This document shows positions 1 to 55,868 of a stretch of DNA of 64,000 nucleotides, in pieces (positions within the stretch are counted from its first letter, which is position 1; every line of letters starts with the position of its first letter). Under the pieces are notes generated by a model that saw only the letters and a list, made by a program, of their open reading frames with translations, was not told the DNA's origin and searched no databases. This DNA comes from Octopus bimaculoides (Eukaryota), in NCBI RefSeq assembly GCF_001194135.2, contig NC_068984.1, positions 97,938,929-98,002,928 of the forward strand. The letters run 5' to 3'. Made by a program: the position numbers and the translations under genes.

Positions 1-279
1 AGTGTATGTTTCGAGTCGCTTCAGCTGCAGAGTTTCCTTTTATGTATTCATAAAGCATTATGTGCCTCAAATGCCCTTTGGATACTTCCATGTTAGAAAG
101 GGTTTTAATCAAAGAAATTTTAATTCTATTATTCTGTAAAATAATATTTAATTAGCTTAAATGTACACAAATGTATAAAAATAATTTTAAATTCTATTAG
201 GCATTCTAAAATACTATTAAATTTCATTTAATTTTAAAAAAGGTAAAATTGGATAGAACTTATGGGATGACCTGATATT

Positions 280-1770
280 CAAAGAAAGATTTTTTTAAAG
301 TTATTATCTATTAAAAAAAAATAGAATTCTGGAGAGGCAAACCCCCACAAAGAATTCAGGAGAGATTATCAAGAGTTTATTGTACTAGAAAACAACTACT
401 ACTTCTGACAACCAACATTACTTAAAAAAACTCAAGGTATGGCAATGGGAATAAAAGCCATGTTTGCAACACTAGTAATGAGATACCTGGAAGAAACAAG
501 TCTATACTGTCTCTACCCTGTCTAGAATTACTTTTGATCAACATTTTCAATCCTATTTAATAGGGAACAGGAAAAAATTCTTGGATGATTGCTTCATATT
601 TTGGAACAGAATAAAGGATGACCTTGCAAGATCCCTTAAATTAATAAATAATATTCACGAATCGATCTCGTTCATTATGAAAATTGATGAAACTGAACTC
701 CCTCACCCTTTTCTGGACATTTTAAGAATTAAAGAAAATGAGACAGTTAAAACCCATTTCTACAGCAAGGACACACCAATAATTAGATTTTAGATAAAGC
801 AACATGCCCTTCGTTATGGCAATACAATATGCTCAATAGTTACAGAAGCAAATAGAGAAGAGAAGTGACTGGTAGAACAAAATATGTTCAGTTCTATATT
901 TAAGAGATGAGAAATTATGTACATTATTTACATTTGATGGATATTTGTCTTCATCTTGTTTGTTGTTAACACAATGTTTCAGCTGATATACCCTCCAGAA
1001 ATTTCAAACCTGGGTTCTCATTCCTAAAGTATTTTCCGATATCATTATCATTATTATTATTATTATTCAAGTCACTGCCTGGAATCGAACTCAGAAACTT
1101 GGAGTTAGTAGCCTGCGCTCTTAACCACTATGCCATATGCCCGTGGGCATGTTCCTTCAAAAACAGAAATACTCCAAAAAGTTTTTAAAATCTTGCCATA
1201 ACCATAGCAAAATAAATCCCAATCTCACACTGGGGTGGAAACAAATAGACAAATACAAATATTCTATTTGTAGTCACTCATAATCCTATGAACCACAATC
1301 TACATTTGACCAAACAATTCTATATCGATCATCAAATCTCCAACAAATAATATTTTAAAAATCACAAATCATTAACAGCCAAAGACAACCACCAAATTTC
1401 AAGAAATTTCAGTTAAAGGTGAGATTCATGCTGAAGAAAGAAATAATGCAGTAACAAACTGTGGAGACTCTTGTAGTGGGGCATGTGAAATAATTGAGCA
1501 AGGAACAACCAACATATTCAAGAATGACACTTAATTGAAGATGAATGCAAACATGAATTACAAAACCTAACTAGACATGTGAACATGCACAAGCAGCAAA
1601 TTAATGATTCTTCTCTTAGAAATGTTCCATGTAGTAAAAATCTAGACATTTATGCAAATAGAATATTCAAAATATTCCCTTTTTATAAAATAAAAGACAA
1701 AAACGATCAACAAATGGCAAAAGAAGAATACTTTATAAGAATTCATCCAAAAGTAAACTTGAAATAGTCA
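280..1770 (+). mobile_element. Degenerate Penelope-like retroelement (RT + GIY-YIG remnant), interrupted by a small element at ~890-1150
   Basis: Broken frames give QGMAMGIKAMFATLVMRYLEE, LDDCFIFW, PFLDIL and THFYSKDTP, typical PLE RT motifs, plus a C-terminal KEEYFIR..P..N. Boundaries are approximate. Confidence 0.8.
890..1150 (-). mobile_element. tRNA-headed small element with a partly deleted hammerhead-like 3' part (copy 1)
   Basis: Minus strand reads GGGCATATGGCATAGTGGTTAAGAGCGC...GAGTTCGATTCCAGGCAGTGAC, then a (TAA)n stretch, then ...TATATCAGCTGAAACATTGTGTTAACAACAAACAAGATGAAGACAAATATCC. Homologous to 61574-61775. Confidence 0.8.
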
Positions 1771-1988
1771 ACACCATAACTAAAAGCAACTTCCTCTATA
1801 TGCATTGGCCCAGAACATGTATGTTTAAGAGGTTGAACAACAAAAGCATTTACACACAATGTGAAAACTTCTTTCTCAAAGGTTTGTGACTATTTTCTAA
1901 ATAATTTTTTTAAATAGTTAATAACTTGTATTTCGTATGTGTATTTCGTGTGCAAGATTCTTGATGTGGATACATGTGTTGAAAGAAA

Positions 1989-2581
1989 TACAATTAAACC
2001 TTGGGAGAGGCATTATGCCGGTAATAAACACACGCACTGGTTCAGTCCTTTATCAATTTATATAGTTTTTTGATAAATTATTTCATTGCACTCTTGCAAT
2101 CTCTTCAGTAACTTGTCTCTCCACTTCCATTTATTTTGAATGTATGATTTGGCGTTGTTTTGAAACTGTTTGGTATGAGCATGTGAGTGTGTGCACGCAC
2201 TTATGTGTTCGTGCTTATATGTAAGTATGTGCGTCCATATGTGTGTTTGTAACAATTTCGTTTCTATCAGATCAGATAGAGACTTTGAACTTCTTTCTTC
2301 CTTCGGTATGAGCATGTGAGTGTGTACAAGCTCGTATGTGTGCACGCACATATGAGCGTGCACACATACGAGCTTGCACACACTCACATGCTCATACCGA
2401 ACAGTTTCAAAACAATGCCAAATCATACATTCAAAATAAATGGAAGTGGAGAGACAAGTTACTGAAGAGATTGCAAGAGTGCAATGAAATAATTTAACAA
2501 AAAACTATATAAATGAATAAAGGACTGAACCAGTGCGTGTCTTTATTACCGGCATAATGCCTCTCCCAAGGTTTAATTGTA
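1989..2581. repeat. Long inverted repeat (arms ~1989-2195 and ~2375-2581) with a nested palindrome at 2302-2401
   Basis: The arms align as near-identical reverse complements over about 207 bp. Confidence 0.92.
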
Positions 2582-3033
2582 ATAACTTGTAAATATATAT
2601 ATATATATGTGTGTGTGTGTGTATGTATGTATTTATATATAGATAGATATGAACACACAATTGCTAAAAACGCAACAGACAAGTCTGACATATCAGAAGG
2701 TCTGTAACTCCAAATAAGGACTAATTTAGACCATGATGACCCATCCAAACCTTATGAGCACAGAGACCAAACATCACCATCATTGTTTTAAAGTCCACTT
2801 TTTCATACTTGCATAAGTCAGAGTTTATTATGGAAAATTTTCAACAGTCAGATGCCTTTGGTGTTGCCAACGCTCACCTGTTTTCAGGCAAGGTAATATT
2901 TACCCATGTCCAAACATATTTTCATAGAATAATAGAAATGAATGACACTGCTTATATGATAGCGACAGTCATTTAAAACCATCATGTGATATTAAGACAA
3001 GGAAACACAAACATACACACACATATATATTTA

Positions 3034-3216
3034 CTAGCTTAAAAGTCACATTCCGTGCAGACTTTTAGGCTAGCCCCTGTGGAGGGATAATTAGGCCTTT
3101 CGCCCAAAACTGAAAAGAGCAATAATAAAACATCTATTGGTATCCTATCATCTCAGACTGTCACAAAGTTTTGGTCAGTTTTCCGACACAGAATATCGCG
3201 TTTATTATTATTATAG
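3034..3216 (-). mobile_element. Possible non-autonomous Helitron-like element
   Basis: On the minus strand it ends in an AAAAGTC/GACTTTT hairpin, then CTAG followed by T. The 5' end CTATAATAATAATAAACG lacks a clean TC. Confidence 0.4.
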
Positions 3217-3731
3217 CAAAGGGAGGTAACTCTTGTAAACCGTTTGAAACCTCGCACGGTTGCCTTACCTGTTAGAAATAGCAGCCCTAATGTTCTTACA
3301 TCAGATCTCAATGCTGGATGTTCAAGAAGCAAATGAAGGCCAGAGTGTCAATCCTGGGATCATCCTGATCCCAAAAAGGTATGATATGTCTATGTAGAGC
3401 AAATGTGGACTGAGATACAGGGGTCCCAGACGGAGAGACAAAATTTCACTTTTATATATATATAAAACACGATAGGCTTTTTTAAAAAAAATTTGTTACC
3501 CAAATACCTTCACAATGCTTTGATAGCTCAGGGCTATAATAGCAGATACTTGCCCAAGCTGCTATGCACCCTCAAAACCATGTGGTAAGGAAGCAAACTT
3601 CTTAACTATGCAACCATGTTTGAACCTGTATCTATCTATACACAGACACACATGCATAGATATATATTACTGGTACTAACAATTAGTTAATCAAATGTAA
3701 AACACCACTAATCACTTGCTAGACAACGTAC

Positions 3732-47515
<43,784 letters not shown>

Positions 47516-47938
47516 CTTAAAAAAAGAAACAAGAAAAAGGAATAATAAACAAAATCAGTAATAATTACAACAGTAAAAAATACTAGCATTATGTTAGGAG
47601 CAGTAAAACACTTCTAAATATTACTAAATAGTCAAACTAATTATTACAATAGATATTTGTAACTCTTTTAATAATATAAAGAGTGTAGAAGCATGGAGCA
47701 TGATATCTCCAGTCGAAATATACTAGTCTAATTAAGTTAATCTTATCTGAACATATCTGTGAAGTCACCAACTGCTAACTAGGTGAGAAACACACATGGA
47801 AACAAGAAAAGATTAAATGATTGCTACTTATTAAATTAACTAGCATTATATTGTGTTATTCTTAGTATCAAAAAGCATTACTTTCAATTAATGCTACATT
47901 GTAAACCAGTGTTGCTTTATTATTATTATTATCATCAT

Positions 47939-48167
47939 AGGTGGCAATGCTGGCAGAATTGTTAGCACGCCGGGCGAAATGCTTAGTGGTATTTCGTCTG
48001 CCGTTATGTTCTGAGTTCAAAATCCGCCGAGGTCGACTTTGCCTTTGATCCTTTCGGGGTCGATTAAATAAGTACCAGTTACGCACTGGGGTCGATGTAA
48101 TCGACAATCCCTTTGTCTGTCCTTGTTTGTCCCCTCTATGTTTAGCCCCCTGTGGGCAATAAAGAAA
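47939..48167 (+). mobile_element. tRNA-derived SINE, near full length
   Basis: A-box-like TGGCAGAATTG, B-box-like GAGTTCAAAATCC, central GTCGACTTTGCCTTTGATCCTTTCGGGGTCGAT block, (ATT)n tail. Confidence 0.88.
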
Positions 48168-49149
48168 TTATTATTATTATTATTATTGTTGTTGTTGTTA
48201 ACCAATATCATTATATATTATACCAGTGCCATCTTATTATCGCCGTTTTGTTAACTAGTATTACTATATAATTATATTAGCACTTTATATTTTTATTACA
48301 ACATTGTTAACCTACATTAGTGTACAGTATTATATTATTGCTGTACACAGATCATCATCATCATCGTTTAACGTCCGCCTTCCATGCTAGCATGGGTTGG
48401 ACGATTTGACTGACAATATTATTATATCATTATTATATTAGTCATATTGTTAACTAGTACTTCTTTAAAATATTGCCTCATTGTCAATCAACATCACATT
48501 AGCATGTTACTATAAAACAAGGACCATAATTACATTAATATTTACAACACAGAAATTTTTTGTATGCATGGCGTGCAAATATTAATATTCTGCATTTTGC
48601 ATGGAAAAGCTAGCTCATCTACAAATGGTAAAGTTTGTTACCATTCTCTATCAAAAAGTCATCTGCTACTTCTACATTTTCAAACACATGTAGATAAAAT
48701 ACAGAAAAGTTAATCTCGCATACATGTGCATGTGTATGTGTCTACATGTGTGCATGTATGCATATTTATATTCTGCACTTTGAAGGAAAAAGTGTGCTGA
48801 GTTACAAATGAGTTTGAAACAGTGAAATTTGTTATTTCCTGTCAACAAATCCTCTGCATTGTTCTGTTTTCAAAAACACAGGATATAAAAACTCCCCTAC
48901 AAGAAGAACAGGCAAGGCAATCAGCTGTCAAGTAATTCCATAATAATATGCATTGCCTCATCCATGTCCAAAACTAGACATAGAAAGAATGAACGAGCTA
49001 TATATATATATACACATAAATATGCATATATATACACATAAATATACATATATATACATACACACATATATGTACATGTATGTATACATTTATCTTTTCT
49101 GGGCCACCCAAAAGACATCACAAATTTTTTGTTATGTGTTTTTAGATAA

Positions 49150-51265
49150 GAAAAATGTACTTCATTGATTTTTTTGCCTTTTACGCCATACTTTCTTTTC
49201 TTTCATCTACAAGAGTTTTCGCCAGAAACCTGTCCAATAAGGTCTGTTTCATCCTCACTTTCAGAGTGTTTCTGAAATGAGTTAGGCAAGTGTCACTAAA
49301 TAGCTCCATCACACGCTCAAGTTGCAACTTTTTCTGGGTGTCTCTTTTGAATAGTTTCTCCCACATTCCCGACATTTCCTCTATCACACTTGTAGAGATA
49401 ACTTCCTCCGTCTCCTCTGCGTCACCTATTTCCTGCAAAACCTCCATGTGCTGCTGTGTCTGTACCTCTTTTGTCAGCTCTTCCATTGTCAGTTCCTTGG
49501 AGTGATCCTCAATGAGCTCATTGATGTCACCTTCATCCACGTCCAGGCCCATGGACTTGCCAAGGGATACAATTTCCTCTACCACTGCCGCTTTGGGTTC
49601 AAGCCTTACAAAGTCCATTTCAGACACAAACTCAGGCCACAGCTTCTTCCACACAGAGGTCAAGGTCTTCTTTGTAACACCCTGCCAGGCCATATCAATA
49701 ATTCTAAGGCATATCACGATGTTATAGTGGTCCTTCAAGAACTCTCGAAGGATGAGGTTTGTGCTATCTGTCACCTCAAAACAGCAGTGGGACTGGTGCT
49801 TGGTGAAGAGCTTCTTGGAATCAGAAATCTCCTGCTGGTCCATGAGCTGCAGGATAGGGGTGGTGTTGGGTGGAAGGTAGAAAATCTTTATAAACTTGAA
49901 TTTTTCGAGGATGTCATCTCGAGGTTAGGTGGGTGAGCAGGAGCATTATCCAGGACGAAAAGGGCTTGTAGGAGTAGGTTATTTTCCTGGAGGTATTTCT
50001 TAATATCAGGACCAAAGACAAAATTCACTCACTCCACAGAGAACTACCATGTGACTCACTCCCTTGGATTTGCCCTCCACATAGTCTGCAGTTTTTCTTT
50101 CAGAATCTTATGTGACTTAAAGGCTCTGGGGTTTTCCAGGTGATAAAAGAGCAGTGGTTTAATATTACAGTCACCACTCTCACTGGCGCACAATGTGAGG
50201 GTTAGCCTTTGTGGCCTGGCAACCTCTTCTCCTATGCCATTATATAAGTCCTCCTTGGGATCTTCTTCCAAAAAAAGTCCTGTCTCATCACAGTTGAAGA
50301 CGTGCTGGGGAATGTATCCTTTGGCTGCTATAATTCTGGCAAAAGTTTTGAGGTAATCCCCAGCTACCTTCATATCTGCACTCACTGCCTCACCATGTCT
50401 GACAAGGTGGGTGAATGCCAGTCCTCTTTTTAAAATTCTTGAACTAGCCCCGACTAGCTTTAAAAAGCTCACCAGATGCTGTGTCCATACAAGTGCCTGG
50501 AGTCTGCTGCAGCAAATCAGCATAAATAGCTTATGCATTCTTGCAGATTATAACCCCCATCATGGTATCTCCTGCGAGTTGCTTCTCCGCCAACCACACC
50601 ATCAGCAGCTTCTCCATATTTTCATGGATAGATGTCCACTTTTTAGAAATTATTTTAAAGCCCTTGACTGGCATTATAGCCTTTATCGACTCCTGCTTCA
50701 GTATGGTGCAGATAGTAGAAGTGCTACACTCATACTGCTTCAGTATGGTGCAGATAGTAGAAGTGCTACACTCATACTGCTTCACCATGTCGACTATATG
50801 CACACCTTGGCCACGTTTTTCAATAATTTCTTTCTTTAATTCAATGCACATCATCTGCTTCTTCTCACTACTGTCCTTCGCAGTCACTTTTTTCGAACCC
50901 ATGGTTGGAAAAATGAAGTTTTGCAAAATAACTGCAAGCATAATTGCGAGCAAAACACTGATGCTTTTGTATCCTGCAGCGACTAAGTAAGCATTTTAAC
51001 ACCCGTCTAGCTAATGATCCACTAACATTCTTCACACTTGCTAACGTGCATGTCTGTCTAGCTAGCGATCTACAAATGATCTTCACACTTCCTAATGTGC
51101 ATAACTGTCTAGCTATTGAGTGAGACACAAGATGCTGGGTGGATGTTACGGCATTCACTATGCCAACTAGCGGTGGGGTATCTGAAACTGGCTTGTAACC
51201 CGAATTTTAGCTCGCAACACAATGCAAAAAATTTGCCGAGAGACTCGTAAATCAAGGTACCATTG
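49150..51265 (-). mobile_element. Tigger/pogo (TIGD1-like) transposon, frameshifted
   Basis: CENP-B-type HTH (MGSKKVTAKDS...ELKKEIIEK), VFNCDETGLF, KPLLFYHLENPRAFK, LDNAP, LPPNTTP. The 5' TIR reads TA-CAATGGTACCTTG on the minus strand at 51265. Confidence 0.92.
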
Positions 51266-51285
51266 TATGTATATATATATTATCA

Positions 51286-52050
51286 TCATCGTTTAACGTC
51301 CGCTTTCCATGCTAGCATGGGTTGGACGATTTGACTGAAGACTAGTGAACCAGATGGCTGCACCAGACTACAATCTGATCTGGCAGAGTTTCTACAGCTG
51401 GATGCCCTTCTTTAACGCCAATCACTCCGAGAGTGTAGTGGGTGCTTTTACGTGCCATCAGCACAAAGGCCAGTCAGGTGGTACTGGCAATGGCCACGCT
51501 CAAAATGGTGTATTTTACCTGCACAGGAGCCAGTCCAGCAGTACTGGCAACGACCTCGCTCGAATGTCTTTACACGTGCCAGGAAGGTGATGCTGGGCAC
51601 AGGTGCCATCATGAATTCGCTTTCGCTTGCCCCAACAGGTCTTCGCAAGTTGAGTTTAGTATCCAATGAAGGAGACAACATTGGCATGGGTGCCAGTCGT
51701 TGAATTTAGTTCGATTTCGATTTCACTTGCCTCAACAGGTCTTCACAAGCAGAGTTTAATGTCCAATGAAGGAAGGTATGCATAAGTGGGCTGGCAGAGA
51801 CCTTGGATTTAGGTCTCACTTGGCTTGCCGGGTCTTCTCACGCACAGCATATTTCCAAAGGTCTCGGTCAGAAGTCATTGCCTCGGTGAGGCCCAATGTT
51901 CAAAGGTCGTGCCTCACCACCTCATCCCAGGTCTTCCTGGGCCTACCTCTTCCACAGGTTCCCTCAACTGCTAAGGTGTGGCACTTTTTCATACAGCTAT
52001 CCTCATCCATTCTCGCCACATGACCATACCAGTGCAATCGTCTCTCATAC
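51286..52050 (-). mobile_element. 3' end of an RTE-clade LINE (ORF C-terminus + 3'UTR + (GAT)n tail)
   Basis: RRLHWYGHVARMDEDSCMKKC...GRGRPRKTWDEVVRHDL; tail CCAACCCATGCTAGCATGGAAAGCGGACGTTAAACGATGATGAT. Confidence 0.88.
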
Positions 52051-52059
52051 GGACATATA

Positions 52060-52570
52060 CAATAATGTCTCACTGTATGAGGACCTGCTTTACAAGACCC
52101 CAAAGTTTACGAGTTTTATTTTTCAGTTCACTTTTGTGTGGTGAGCTGAAATTTTTCAAGCACAAGATTCAAATTTGGAAAGAAGTCCAAAAGTTTCCAC
52201 TACCATAACAAATGTTTCTGAGTGTTACCGAGAAATTTACAGCGAGCGAAAAAATGTTTCTTTTAAGCAAACAACTGTAGACTTGTTTTTTAAAAAGAAA
52301 TCTACAGAGTGATTCAGAAAACAATTATAAAGCACAAAAAGAAAATGACTCTCCCAGACACAACAGAATTATAATAATAATATTTTTTATCATAAATGAT
52401 CTTTACATTCTTTTTACTTTACATAATCTATTCTTTAAATTCTATTGCTGTTTTATTGCCATTTATTTACGAGTATCATAAATTTTATAGATAAAATATT
52501 TTTCTGGGAACAAATTACGATTTATAACGTTGCTACTATGGGAAATTATTGCTCTGCTTTATGAGCAGTC
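52060..52570 (+). mobile_element. Probable pogo/Tigger C-terminal and 3' fragment
   Basis: ECYREIYSERKNVSFKQTTVDLFFKK* resembles pogo-family C-termini. Confidence 0.5.
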
Positions 52571-52911
52571 TCCGGGGAGAAATTAAGTCGTATATTGAGG
52601 CATTACTCTCTGTGTGTGTGTGTGTGTGTGTGTATATACATACATACATATACAAACACACATATATATATATGATGGCTTAGGTGGTTGAAACTTCATC
52701 AACATTCTTGTATAAGAATAATAATTTGTACTCCACAGAAGTATAGAGTAACCCATTAAATTAATGTAAAAATTGTTTTTATTATAACTGAATATAAAAA
52801 CAAACACTGATACACACATATATATTATATATATATATAAATACACACAGACATATATATCCATATATAGACATATAAACATATGAATGTATATATAGAT
52901 ACACACACACA

Positions 52912-54147
52912 CACACACGACAGATGTAAATAGACACCCCATAAAACATCATTGTATGTTTATTCTAACTTGTAGAGGTTTATATTTTTTACTAATTGAC
53001 ATTTTTATGTTTCAGGTTCTATATGTGACTATTTCATTATGTCATGTACAAAAGAAGCCTTGGAACTGTCTGAATATCAAAGAGACTTATTGTGGGTCAT
53101 TCTGTAGGTGAACATGGCATAAAACCACAGAAAATCTTGGGATCCTGCTTTCTACAGTTAATAGAGTGCTTTTGCAATTCACCAGAGAGGGGAAAGAGTC
53201 CACATCACCTCACCCAGTTCAACCAGGGCCCTCTGACAGGACCCTTCTCTTTGCTAAGAGAAGTGTGGAGGATAATCCTCATTGCAAGACCTCTGAGAGA
53301 GCAGAACAAGTTGATGTCAGTCCCAGAACAGCTGTCAAGTATCTCCACAAACTCAGTTACCATGGTAGAAAAGCAAGAAGGAAGCCACTTCTTTGACCAG
53401 CCAACGTCAAGTAGAGAAAAGATTGGGCCAGTGAGATGGTGGAGAAGCCATTAGCATTGTGGGACAGTTATATTCTCTGGTGAGTCCAGATTTGCTGTAT
53501 TTCCTGACAGTGGTCAAATGTGGGTCTGGAGACTCTGTGATCAAGAATTTGATGTGAAAATATTGCAGCCAACAATGAAACATGGCAGCTATTTTGTGAT
53601 GGTCTGGGGAACAATTTGGAGCAGTTTTTGATCAGAGCTGCTGGAGTGAGGAAAACATAAACTCAGATAATTATGTGTCCATATTGCAGAAAGGACTCCT
53701 TCCAATCTTCTCCAGTGGTGAAATGATTAAAGAAGAGTCTTTATTTATGGAAGAAGGGGTTCCTTGTCACATGGCCAAAATGTCACAAGATTTGTTGGAT
53801 GAGAATAGCATTAAAAAGCTTCCATGGCCAAGTCAGTCACATGATATGAACCCTACTGAACACTGCTGGGATATAATGGTCAGGATACTTCATAAAAAGA
53901 ACAAGAAAGCATCTTCAAAGCCAGATCTTTTGAGATTACTGCATGAAACTTGGCAAGAAATTCTGCAAGAGAATATTCGTCATCTGATCAATAAGATGCC
54001 TAATAGGGTCGTTGCATTGAAAAATGTAAAGGGCATGTCTACTAAATATTCACATTATAACAATTAATAAATAATTTGAATGTATAATTTCAAATTTAAA
54101 TAAATTTTAATGATTATAAGGGTGTCTAGTTACTTCTGTCATGTCTG
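52912..54147 (+). mobile_element. Tc1 (DD34E) transposon, degenerate
   Basis: [40 protein letters not shown]; degenerate TIRs around GACAGA.GTAA.TAGACACCC at both ends. Confidence 0.88.
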
Positions 54148-55868
54148 ACAAGGGTAAAATGCCAGGGAACCAAGTGTAGGAAGTTTGTAAGCTTCAAGTA
54201 GTCCATGGCAGGTATAGAGAACAAAAAGTGGACAGTGGATGATTAAAAAAAAAAATTATTGGCAATGAAGGTTACACACTTTTTCCTATATCGAAGTTAT
54301 GAGGAAATTTGATAATCTGTAAGTTTCTCTTTTAGTTCACGGTTGCTAGAAATGCGAATAAAAATCCAAATTAAGGGAGTGTAAGGAGTAAAATGCAGGC
54401 TATATATGTTTCTTAGCTCGCTGATCCTCTGATGTAAAAGTTACCCTATGAGGGGTGCTAAACATAGCTAACCATCAGGTCAAGATTACCTTAATTAAAT
54501 GATGGTTACATTGTCATTTGGAATTTCCAAGTTAACTCACTGGAAATGAGAACTGATATGAATAGTGAAGCCAGAAGTACAGAGTAAATAAACAAAAACT
54601 CAAAAAATGAAAAGGTTAAGAAGTATGAAAGAGAAAGGATGACATCAAGCATGTGGAAGTGAGAGTTGTATAAAATTGATGGGAATGAAGAAAAAGAGAA
54701 GGGAGACGAAAGAGTAGGGAGAAAGGAGTGAATAGTTGCTGCTGTTAGTCTCCACAAGGATTCCATGTTTTCAAATGTTGGTACATGCATTGGGAATTAG
54801 TAATCATTACTCTAGCTTTAGACCTCAAGCAAAAACTAACAACACTTCTCTACCTAGATTCATTGCTAGCCTAACATATAATTCAGCAGAATACAATATA
54901 AAATAGTCCATTGTTACGCAGAAGACTTTATTATGCAATGCAAAAACTGCATGAATGAAGTAACCTCATACTTAACTGTAAACACAAATTACATAATACA
55001 TTCTTAAGGTGCAAATGCTCACTCTCCCGAGCTAATCCTTCTGCATCTCCTCTATTTTGATTTTTCTAAATAATTTGCAACCATTACCTTTTAGTGTGCT
55101 TTTATATATTTCCTTAACTTCATTTGTGTCCTCCTTATGTACTCTTCCTCTTTCTGAATTTTTCTTGTTTGCTTAATATAAACACCCACTTTTTTCTCTT
55201 TGTTTCATTTTTTCCATATTTTCTCTTCACAGATGCTAGTATGTATGTGCACTTATATATGTAGATGTTTGTGTGTGTATTTGGGTATATTCATATGCTT
55301 AGGGATGCATGCACTCACCTTTGGGCACTCAGGCATTTTTGTGTGTATACTTGGTCATGGCCTGTACACATGTTTGCATGGGTGTGTGCTTGCGTGGGAT
55401 TCTTAAATCTACTACAAATAACTAATATATTATTTTTAAACAACCAAGAGAAATAACCCATTCAATTCTGAAAGGGATCCTTATATATAGTGAAGGAAAA
55501 TAACCCATCCATGTTCGTAAATTATTTCATGTAAATTAAATTGAGCATGCATATTTCTTAGTATTTGAACTATTTGAGTTATTTTTGAAATTTATCCAGT
55601 GCAACGCTTAAACAAGTAAATAGTATTTTCCAAAACAGTAGATCGACTTATTTCGGTTAGTGACTTATTCACAAATATACCAACACAAGCGCCGCTGAGG
55701 GTAATATTCATTGCGAAAGCACAAAATCTTTTTACAGGGTTATTCACTTAGAATTGTTATTATCTCAAATCTGATTAGCCTGTTATTACGTAACATACTT
55801 CACAATTTTAGTTTACATACCTTATTAGAATTTCCTCCTAAATTATATATATTCTGGGGACGTATTAA

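Noticed and set aside
1-30. Minus-strand CTGAAGC-GACTC-GAAAC
   Set aside because: Stem II is too short, the core is altered, and it is truncated by the window edge.
2058-2426. 122-aa ORF and other short HTH/VCV-rich track ORFs
   Set aside because: These are translations of palindromic or CA/TA-microsatellite sequence with no protein motifs.
54506-54790. 94-aa ORF or candidate upstream HECW exon
   Set aside because: Low-complexity pyrimidine-rich translation with no C2 or HECW similarity and no phase-compatible splice pair.
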